Under the pieces are notes generated by a model, which was not told where the DNA came from, made no database searches, and saw only the letters and a list, made by a program, of their open reading frames with translations. Positions 8,065 through 14,690 of a DNA stretch of 64,000 bases are shown here, in pieces; the first letter of the stretch is position 1, and each line of letters opens with the position of its first letter. Both the position numbers and the translations under genes were made by a program. The stretch is from Candidatus Kuenenia stuttgartensis (GTDB lineage Bacteria > Planctomycetota > JAKEIC01 > DYIT01), in NCBI GenBank assembly GCA_020723505.1, contig DYIT01000012.1:372-64371 (forward strand), read 5' to 3'.

Positions 8065-10422
8065 TCATTTCCCGGAACCTTCGATTTTAATCACTTTCCC
8101 GTCCAGTTCGAAGAGCGCTCCATGGCCCAGAGACAGGATTCCCTGCCTGCCGGATTTCACGAGGGCGGCCAGGATTTCCTCGAAGCGCTTCGATCCGGCG
8201 GCAACGACCTCGTCCGGGACAATCGACGCGCCTCTTGCAGCCACTCCGTTTTCCACCCAGGCGCCCCCGCGGTTGAAGAAGGCGGAATCGGCCATCTGCT
8301 GCACCCCACCGAGCTCAACGCGGTTCATGTCCCTGTCGTAAATCGCGTTCCTGCCGTTGTTGAAGGCCTGCGCCCTCTGCTCCGAGTTGTTGTACTGCTG
8401 CGAGTTCGCATGGCTGCCCGACCTGGAATTCACCGCCCATGCCCTGAGATTGGCGTCCGCGTCGCGCGCAAGCGCGTCGGGAGCGGCGAGATTAGTGCCT
8501 TCCAGCGCCAGAAACGCGGTGTACTCGGTGAGCACCCCGTACTTCATGGAAAGCCTCACGATTTCCCCCACGAGTTCCGCGGTCTTCGGGTCCGGAGCCG
8601 CGGAGGGGGGCGGACCATTCCAGAATCCTTGCCACCCCGCGCTGCTGCGTGCGGCCGAGGCGATCATGGCCTGGTCCGCGCCGGACTGGCGGATTTCGTC
8701 AATCATCACCGCGATTCTCCTGCTTGCCCAGAGCCTTGGAACGAACGAGTTGCGGGTCGAAGCCTTCGACGTGTCGAATCTGAACTCGAACGACCGGGGC
8801 ATGCCGAGGAAATCGCCGGAAATCCTGAATCCCAGTCTGCCCGCCGACGTGTACTTTCCGAGCACGACAAGGCGGTCGCCGCGGAACAGGTCTGGAAGCC
8901 GGGAGGGGACCACGTCGATGACCGCCGAGGGGCGCGGAATTCCAGCCTCCGAGATGGAGACGAGTTCAGGCGAAGAGAAAACCGGCCCGGACAGCTTCTG
9001 GAACAGGGTCGAGACTTTCCTTTCGACGTTCTCCGACGGCTGGACGACCGTCATGCATCCGCGCGAGGATTCCGCAATCCTGTCCAGGAGCGGGGCATTG
9101 ACGTCGTGTCCGACCCCGAAAGTGAAGATCCTCCGGCGGTGCAGGTTGGCCTTTTCTGCGGCGTCCCTTATGGCCGATTCGGAGGTCACTCCGGAGGTGG
9201 GCAGCCCGTCGCTCAGAAGCAGCACAATCGGCAGGCATTGCGACTGAGGCGGCTGCCTGAGGGCTTCAAGGACGGCATCGTGGAGGTTGGTGCTTCCGCC
9301 CGCCTCGATTCCGGCAATGTATTCCCTAGCCCTGAGCATGGATGCGGCGTCCTTGAGGACCGGAGCCGCTTCGAACATCCCGACTGAGTCGCTGTAGACG
9401 ACAATGTTGAAACGCTCTCCCTCCTCGAGGGATTCCAGCACCTGCAGGAGCGCGGCCTTGGCTTGCCTGATCTTCTCGCCCGCCATGCTGCCGGACCTGT
9501 CGAGGACGAGCGTGATCTCACGTTTAATCCCGGAGGCGTCCAAGAGCCTGCCCACGTCCGGAAGCCCGGCGAGGAGCATGAACGTGCCTCCGCCTGACGG
9601 GTCGGGATGGGCGAGCAGGGTAGCGGAAACGTCCCCCTGCATGGGCATGACCGCGAGAATGAAGCTGCCGGGCTCGGTTTTTCCCGGCTCCTCGACGACC
9701 GCCTCGACCTCCCCCGGGCCCTTGGATTCGAGCCTGACCGGATGGGTGGGCGAGTAGACCGCGGAGAGCGGCTTTGCGGACTTCACGCGGACCGTGACGT
9801 CGAACGGCACCGCCGAATCGGAAAGGCGCTGCGTTCGCGGCAGCACGTATTCCAGCCGGCCGCCTTCCGACTCGAGTATGTGTTCGTAGACCATCCGGAC
9901 CGCCTGCGTGCCGCGCGCGGGCACGGGGAATACGCTCGTTCTAATCATCGAGAGCCCTGCGAACTCGAGGAGCGCAGGGTCCTTGAGCTTCGCAACGATT
10001 GATGAATATTCCCGCCTGGCCCTGGCCTCGGGCAGGAGTTCCGCGGACGGCTCGGCCCCTTTTCCCTGGAAGTCGAAGGACCTCACGGCGGCGCCTTCGG
10101 GGACAGGGAGAAGGAGTACCGCCTCGCATGCGGAGCCGGACCTGTTCTCCAGGCGCACCGTGAGATCCGTGACTGCGACGCTCTCGATGATTGCGACCCT
10201 GGCTTCGACGCCGGAGACGATCACTTTTGAGGCGCGGGGTCCTGCCCGGAGGGGCCTTGCGCTGCGCCAGGCCTGGGGCGAAACGATGAGGACGTCCTCC
10301 CGGCCCGAGAAATCCTGGCTCAAAGCGCAGGGTGCTGGCGCCGCAATGAGCGCAAATGCAATGACGGAAGACAGCAGGCCGACCGGCATGCCGCACAAGC
10401 TGGAGACCATTCGCTTGGACAT
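8065..10422 (-). CDS. VIT domain + von Willebrand factor A domain protein (ITIH-like architecture)
   Basis: VIT-like VSGVEARVAIIESVAVTDLTVRLENRSG..LLLPVPEGAAVRSFDF. vWA MIDAS ITLVLDRSGSMAGEK..YSDSV..GGSTNL. Start moved to MSKRMVSS (signal-like; AGGAG SD 8 nt upstream). Confidence 0.85.
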   Translation of the reverse strand: MSKRMVSSLCGMPVGLLSSVIAFALIAAPAPCALSQDFSGREDVLIVSPQAWRSARPLRAGPRASKVIVSGVEARVAIIESVAVTDLTVRLENRSGSACEAVLLLPVPEGAAVRSFDFQGKGAEPSAELLPEARARREYSSIVAKLKDPALLEFAGLSMIRTSVFPVPARGTQAVRMVYEHILESEGGRLEYVLPRTQRLSDSAVPFDVTVRVKSAKPLSAVYSPTHPVRLESKGPGEVEAVVEEPGKTEPGSFILAVMPMQGDVSATLLAHPDPSGGGTFMLLAGLPDVGRLLDASGIKREITLVLDRSGSMAGEKIRQAKAALLQVLESLEEGERFNIVVYSDSVGMFEAAPVLKDAASMLRAREYIAGIEAGGSTNLHDAVLEALRQPPQSQCLPIVLLLSDGLPTSGVTSESAIRDAAEKANLHRRRIFTFGVGHDVNAPLLDRIAESSRGCMTVVQPSENVERKVSTLFQKLSGPVFSSPELVSISEAGIPRPSAVIDVVPSRLPDLFRGDRLVVLGKYTSAGRLGFRISGDFLGMPRSFEFRFDTSKASTRNSFVPRLWASRRIAVMIDEIRQSGADQAMIASAARSSAGWQGFWNGPPPSAAPDPKTAELVGEIVRLSMKYGVLTEYTAFLALEGTNLAAPDALARDADANLRAWAVNSRSGSHANSQQYNNSEQRAQAFNNGRNAIYDRDMNRVELGGVQQMADSAFFNRGGAWVENGVAARGASIVPDEVVAAGSKRFEEILAALVKSGRQGILSLGHGALFELDGKVIKIEGSGK

Positions 10423-10619
10423 GACCACATCTCCTGAAAGAAGAAAAGCTCGTTTGCAGGCTCGCGGAAGCATTCCGGATTCGCCCGCTGGTTGTTTATA
10501 CGACGAATACGGAGGGCCGGAGGTAACGTGGTTGTAACAAGCCTTGACTTTCCCGGCGGCTTGGAATACAATATGAGCTGTTGAATCGACAGCGTCCGTT
10601 TTCCCAAGGAGGCGTGTTT

Positions 10620-10679
10620 ATGAGTGCCGCAAGAAAAGTTGATGCTGCGCCGTCACGCCCCGCGGGGATTAGCCGCTGA
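10620..10679 (+). CDS. candidate 19-codon leader ORF (MSAARKVDAAPSRPAGISR)
   Basis: Perfect SD AAGGAGG at 10606-10612, 7 nt before the ATG. Overlaps a segment complementary to the downstream terminator. See the finding at 10606..10775. Confidence 0.35.
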   Translation: MSAARKVDAAPSRPAGISR

Positions 10680-10739
10680 TTCGACTTTACGTCGTCATTC
10701 AGGGCCTTCCTCCGGGAGCGGCCCTTCGTGCGTCGATTG

Positions 10740-10775
10740 AACCGCGGGCGTGACTGCAGCCCGCGGTTTTTTTTG
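10740..10775 (+). terminator. intrinsic terminator
   Basis: Stem AACCGCGGG (10740-10748) / CCCGCGGTT (10760-10768), 11-nt loop, then an uninterrupted run of 9 T. Confidence 0.7.
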
Positions 10776-10844
10776 TTGAACCGCGCTTTTCCGGGCCGCC
10801 GGGTTCCGGCCGGCCTTCTACAAGAACAAACAAAGGAGATTTCT

Positions 10845-11336
10845 ATGTCCGTCCTGCTTTTTTCGACCTGGTTCTTCCCCCTTTTAATATTCGTATCGGC
10901 AGGAGAGACTGAAATGACACGACCTGAAAGGCCACCGGACCGGTTCAAAGGACCGGAACCGGCGTTTGCTTGCGTGCACTGCCTCGCGGCCGTTCCGGGC
11001 GAGGCGGATGGGACTTCCCACCGCAACCACTGCCCGGAATGCCTGTGGAGCATGCACGTGGACCTTTGCACTGGTGATCGGCGTTCCGGATGCAGGGGCC
11101 CCATGGAGCCGATTGCCGTATGGACCACGAAGAAGGGCGAGTGGGCCCTCATACACAGGTGCATGAAGTGCGGCATGATCCGGAGCAACCGGGTGAGCGG
11201 GGACGATAACGCGGTGCTGCTGATATCCATCGCGGTGCGGCCCCTCGCCCTGCCGCCCTTCCCGCTCCATCCTGTTCCCGCGGGACTGGCGGCTGAGATG
11301 CACAAGGCATGCGCTGGAGGATCAAGCAATGAATGA
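10845..11336 (+). CDS. RNHCP domain-containing zinc-ribbon protein
   Basis: ACVHCLAAV..GTSHRNHCPECLWSMHVD..IHRCMKCG. Two possible starts, each with its own SD: ATG 10845 (AGGAG, 6-nt spacer; adds a hydrophobic 23-aa N-terminus) or ATG 10914 (AGGAG, 8-nt spacer). The tracked start 10728 is rejected. Confidence 0.75.
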   Translation: MSVLLFSTWFFPLLIFVSAGETEMTRPERPPDRFKGPEPAFACVHCLAAVPGEADGTSHRNHCPECLWSMHVDLCTGDRRSGCRGPMEPIAVWTTKKGEWALIHRCMKCGMIRSNRVSGDDNAVLLISIAVRPLALPPFPLHPVPAGLAAEMHKACAGGSSNE

Positions 11337-12414
11337 AGACAGTAACGCCGGCCCGGCCGAGCTGGGCTGGTGCGATTATTTCGAAGCCGCCTTCGCAAGG
11401 TTCCGCGAAGGCGGCCTGGCTCCGGCGCGCGTGACGCGCCAGGACCGGGACCTGTACCTGGTCCGCGGCGCTTTCGGGGAAATCGCGGCGTCCGTGCGCG
11501 GCAGGATGCGGTTCGAAGCGGATTCCGCGGCCGATTTCCCCTGCGTGGGCGACTGGGCCGCGGTTTCGGTCAGGCCCGGGGAATCGCGCGGGACGATACA
11601 CGCCGTTCTCCCGCGCAGGACCTCGTTCTCGAGGAAGACCGCCGGAGAGGTCACTGAGGAGCAGGTCCTTGCGGCGAACGTGGACGTCGCCTTCATCGTG
11701 GCGGCGCTCGACGGGGGGAGGAACTTCAGCCTCAGGCGAATCGAACGGTTCATGACTCTCGCGAACGCATGCGGGTCGGCGGCCGTGGTGGTGCTCAACA
11801 AGGCCGACCTGTGCGAGGACGAGGATTCCATGGTCGCGGCCGCCGAATCCTCTGCCGCGGGGTCGCCGGTGATTGCGGTCAGCGCGCTTGAAGGCCGCGG
11901 AATGGATCGCATGGCGGCCTTCCTCGCCGGGGGCGGGACCGGAGTCTTCCTGGGCCCGTCCGGGGTTGGCAAGTCTAGCATCATCAACGCCCTGCTCGGG
12001 TCGGACCGCCAGAAGACCCGCGAGGTGAGGTCCGACGACCTCCGCGGCAGGCACGCGACCACGGCGAGGGAGCTGTTCGTCCTTCCGGCGGGCGGGGGGG
12101 TGATCGACACGCCCGGCATAAGGGAAATCCAGCTCTGGTCGCCAGCGGAAGCGCTAGATGCGGGATTCGGCGACGTGGAGGAGATTGCAGCCGGTTGCAG
12201 GTTCCGGGACTGCAGGCACGAGGGCGAGCCGGGCTGCGCGGTTCTCGAGGCTCTGGGCAGCGGGGAACTAGACAGGGGGCGCTTCGAGAGCTGGCTCATG
12301 CAGAAGAAGGAGCTTAGATACCTCGATGACAGGCGCGGATACCTGTCGGCTAAGAAGGAACGGTTCAAGAAAATCAGCAAGTGGTCGAAGGAAATAAAAA
12401 GGAACCGCGAATAG
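11329..12414 (+). CDS. rsgA: ribosome small-subunit-dependent GTPase A
   Basis: Circularly permuted GTPase order NKADL .. GPSGVGKSSIINAL .. DTPG. C-terminal zinc knuckle FRDCRHEGEPGCAV. 8-nt overlap with the RNHCP gene. Confidence 0.9.
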   Translation: MNEDSNAGPAELGWCDYFEAAFARFREGGLAPARVTRQDRDLYLVRGAFGEIAASVRGRMRFEADSAADFPCVGDWAAVSVRPGESRGTIHAVLPRRTSFSRKTAGEVTEEQVLAANVDVAFIVAALDGGRNFSLRRIERFMTLANACGSAAVVVLNKADLCEDEDSMVAAAESSAAGSPVIAVSALEGRGMDRMAAFLAGGGTGVFLGPSGVGKSSIINALLGSDRQKTREVRSDDLRGRHATTARELFVLPAGGGVIDTPGIREIQLWSPAEALDAGFGDVEEIAAGCRFRDCRHEGEPGCAVLEALGSGELDRGRFESWLMQKKELRYLDDRRGYLSAKKERFKKISKWSKEIKRNRE

Positions 12415-12493
12415 GCACTCCTTCTCCCTGGAGCACGCTGATGCGGGCGCGGCCCCGCGTGAGCATTGAAGAGGAGGGGAAGATCGCGGCAAT

Positions 12494-12531
12494 CCCCCTC
12501 ACCCCAACCCTCTCCCACGACGGGGAGAGGG
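12494..12531 (+). repeat. family-C element (CCCCTCACCC..CCCTCTCCC-loop-GGGAGAGGG hairpin), copy 1
   Basis: 9-bp stem 12508-12516 / 12523-12531. Same 5' leader sequence as copies 2 and 3. Confidence 0.7.
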
Positions 12532-12582
12532 TATCTGCCTCACGATGGTTCATCTCCGCGTCTTCGTGCCTCCGTGAGAATT

Positions 12583-12610
12583 CTGTACCCTGATGTTGCA
12601 TAGAACGCGC
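12583..12610 (+). repeat. family-E 27-mer CTGTACCCTGATGTTGCATAGAACGCGC
   Basis: Near-identical (about 24/27) to 50193-50220. Both copies are intergenic. Confidence 0.6.
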
Positions 12611-12720
12611 CTCGTGGACTATGATCCTTTAACCACCGAATGCGACTACAGGGACTTTAAACGCTTTCCCACGCGGGTCGGGGAAAGGGGGACATAGGCG
12701 CGGCCACGGGGAAGAGTATC

Positions 12721-13098
12721 TCACCCTCTCCCCCGCGGGTCGGGGGAGAGGGGAGGGTGAGGGGGTATTGATCGCAGGGAGCAAAGTATGGATGCAAGCA
12801 CTGAATCCATATCCTGCAAGACCTGATTGTCCCAGAAGCGTATGACCCGATATCCTTCTGATTCGATATATCTGGTCCGTTCATTGTCTTCATCTTTCAT
12901 AGACAGATGCTGGCTGCCGTCCAGTTCAATCACCAGCCTTTGATCGTGGCAGATGAAATCCGCGATATACCGCCCTAACTGTGCCTGTCTCCTGAATTTC
13001 AAGCCGGACAGACGTCGGTTCCGCAATCTGCTCCAAAGCAATCGCTCTGCGTCGGTCTGGCTCTTCCTGAGCGACCTGGACTTTTCTTTCATGCTCAT
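12721..13098 (-). CDS. DUF559 (Vsr-like) endonuclease domain protein
   Basis: SQTDAERLLWSRLRNRRLSGLKFRRQAQLGRYIADFICHDQRLVIELDGSQH..RTRYIESEGYRVIRFWDNQV is the DUF559 signature. The C-terminal PPHPPLSPDPRGRG tail is encoded by repeat copy 2. Confidence 0.8.
   Translation of the reverse strand: MSMKEKSRSLRKSQTDAERLLWSRLRNRRLSGLKFRRQAQLGRYIADFICHDQRLVIELDGSQHLSMKDEDNERTRYIESEGYRVIRFWDNQVLQDMDSVLASILCSLRSIPPHPPLSPDPRGRG
12724..12765 (-). repeat. family-C element, copy 2 (inverted orientation)
   Basis: 11-bp stem CCCTCTCCCCC (12724-12734) / GGGGGAGAGGG (12742-12752), followed by AGGGTGAGGGGG. Overlaps the last codons and stop of the DUF559 gene. A related hairpin CTTTCCC..GGGAAAG lies at 12664-12687. 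Confidence 0.7.
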
Positions 13099-13106
13099 GG
13101 CAGCAA

Positions 13107-13139
13107 CCCCTCACCCTGCCCTCTCCCAGAGGGAGAGGG
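13107..13139 (+). repeat. family-C element, copy 3
   Basis: Stem 13119-13127 / 13131-13139. Begins 9 nt upstream of the DUF559 ATG and supplies its SD-like GAGGGG. Confidence 0.7.
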
Positions 13140-13157
13140 TTAATAAAAAACCCATAA

Positions 13158-13241
13158 GGGAAGTAAAGTATCATATCGGGGAGGCTAAGTAACCCGTCTG
13201 GGAGGTCAAAGAATCCATCGGGGAGGCTAAGTGACCCTCCC
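13158..13241. repeat. imperfect 2 x 42-bp tandem repeat
   Basis: Exact 16-mer ATCGGGGAGGCTAAGT at 13175-13190 and 13217-13232. About 30/42 identity over the units. Followed by hairpin CCCCGCCC-TAAA-GGGCGGGG (13239-13258). Confidence 0.6.
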
Positions 13242-13274
13242 CGCCCTAAAGGGCGGGGCTTCGCCAGCCCTCGC

Positions 13275-13508
13275 TTAAAAAAGCTCGGGCTGGTTGGTTG
13301 CCTCCTCCTCGTGTCGCTTGATATATCGTTTGACTATGTCTGACGTCACACGGTCTCCTATTGTTCTTACCGCATATCCGTCTTCCCATAATTCGCCAGA
13401 CCAGAAGCGTTCTCGCATCCACGCAAACCGCTGAAAAGCGCGTCGTGCGGTTATCCCCTTTATTATTCCTACGACTTTCGCAATCGAGTATCGTGGCGGA
13501 AACGACAC
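13275..13508 (-). pseudogene. tnpA: IS200/IS605-family Y1 transposase TnpA, N-terminally truncated remnant
   Basis: Reading back from the tracked ORF gives stop-NCESAEVDHVHLLVSFPPRYSIAKVVGIIKG..RFWSGELWEDGY. That covers the HUH motif onward only. About 55 N-terminal codons are missing and an in-frame TGA sits upstream. Confidence 0.7.
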
Positions 13509-13594
13509 CAGCAGATGAACGTGGTCTACTTCAGCGGATTCGCAATTTCAATGCAGCGCGGTTTTCGCTGCTGCATTGTGAAATCGAGGCATAA

Positions 13595-13634
13595 ATTCCA
13601 CACGAAGCGCGGGGCTCGACGCTTCGTGTGGAAT
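13595..13634. repeat. family-B hairpin ATTCCACACGAAGCG-N10-CGCTTCGTGTGGAAT, copy 1
   Basis: Perfect 15-bp stem. Lies about 90 nt on the 5' side of the tnpA remnant, as expected for an IS200/IS605 subterminal hairpin. Confidence 0.7.
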
Positions 13635-13743
13635 AGGGCTTGATCCCCGGCCGGTCTTCTGGGAGTCTAACGGCAAGTCCAGGAAAAGACACCGACGGGG
13701 GTTTCTCGATAAGCGGGAAGGCACGCGTTGCGCGTGATATAAT

Positions 13744-13784
13744 CCGGACGAGCCTGAACTCGCGGTTTGGTTTCGCTCGTCCGG
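13744..13784. repeat. family-A hairpin (CCGGACGAGC / GCTCGTCCGG arms)
   Basis: 10-bp stem, 21-nt loop. Shares CCGGACGAGCCTGAACT with copy 23208-23260. Ends 13 nt before ATG 13798. Confidence 0.65.
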
Positions 13785-13797
13785 GTATGGAAAGAGC

Positions 13798-14616
13798 ATG
13801 GAGCATTTCATCATAGCCGCGCTGATGGCCCCGGTATCCGCCATCCTCGGTTACTACGCATTCCTGAATTTCCGCCAGTCTGCGCTGCTGTCCCGGCCTG
13901 TGACCCTCGACCAGCTCCCCAGGCGCATCGGAAAGGTTGTGTGCGTCTACGGCACGCCCAATCCGGTCGAGCCGCTCCACCTCAAATTCCACCGCAGCCC
14001 CAGGATGGAGGTGCTCTGGTACAGAATCGAGCAGCAGGAGAAGGTCCATTCCGGGAGGAGAAGCCACTGGTCCACTGTGAGCGTCAAGGAGAAGAGGACC
14101 GATTTCATGCTCGAATTCCCGGGCGGAGGCAGCGTCTACGTCCACTGCGCGCCGACGGAAGTGCAGAATCCGAGGGAATCCACCGCCGGTTCCGGAGGCA
14201 TCGTCTCGGCCAGGCGGACCATCCGCAAGTGGCTACCGGTCCGCACAAACCTCACGGTCCTCGGCCGCCTCATCCACAAGGGCGAGCAGGCCGAGATAAT
14301 AACGGACGCCAGGGAGGGTATGTTCCTGTCCGCCGCCCCGCCGAAGATCGCGGCGCAGAGGGAGCGCTTCAAGGCCTGGATGCTGGCCGCCGGCACCGCG
14401 GGATGCATTGCGCTGGCGCTTGCAGTTCTTGTCTTCAAGCCCAATCTGACGAAGCGCACAAGGCATTCTGCCGCTGAAGCCCCGCCACGTATCTCTACAT
14501 TACATGCCATGCATCACCATGCGGAAATGCAAGGGCGCCCTTCATGCTTTGCCCGGACAGCCATGGCGGATTCTCTCCAGGCAGCCCGGTGGATGCTTCG
14601 TCTATCCCAAGATTGA
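13798..14616 (+). CDS. membrane protein, GIDE-like topology (function uncertain)
   Basis: N-terminal TM IIAALMAPVSAILGYYAF and C-terminal TM WMLAAGTAGCIALALAVLVF flank a soluble domain. Good G/C3 bias, except that the last 45 or so codons are weaker. Confidence 0.5.
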   Translation: MEHFIIAALMAPVSAILGYYAFLNFRQSALLSRPVTLDQLPRRIGKVVCVYGTPNPVEPLHLKFHRSPRMEVLWYRIEQQEKVHSGRRSHWSTVSVKEKRTDFMLEFPGGGSVYVHCAPTEVQNPRESTAGSGGIVSARRTIRKWLPVRTNLTVLGRLIHKGEQAEIITDAREGMFLSAAPPKIAAQRERFKAWMLAAGTAGCIALALAVLVFKPNLTKRTRHSAAEAPPRISTLHAMHHHAEMQGRPSCFARTAMADSLQAARWMLRLSQD

Positions 14617-14690
14617 TTTGCCGGTTGAAATCTGCATTAATACAGTTCAATTATGCGATCCGGTAATTCCATGGAAAAGGCGCAGGCAGC

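Noticed and set aside
10728-10844. Tracked start of the RNHCP ORF at 10728.
   Set aside because: This stretch contains the intrinsic terminator stem and T-run. It has no SD and encodes a junk-like peptide. The SD-preceded ATGs at 10845 and 10914 are preferred.
11376-12518. 380-aa ORF antisense to rsgA. Similar long ORFs in the track include 960..1484, 3973..4857, 11149..12054, 19484..20563, 21228..22316, 21628..22761, 32062..33453, 34153..35184, 42836..44059, 45127..46080, 46692..47774, 47386..48606, 58809..60371, 60100..61737 and 61116..62513.
   Set aside because: They overlap genes with clear family signatures. They are Arg/Gly/Pro/Ala-rich, as expected for off-frame translation of high-GC DNA, and they lack recognisable motifs and SD sequences.
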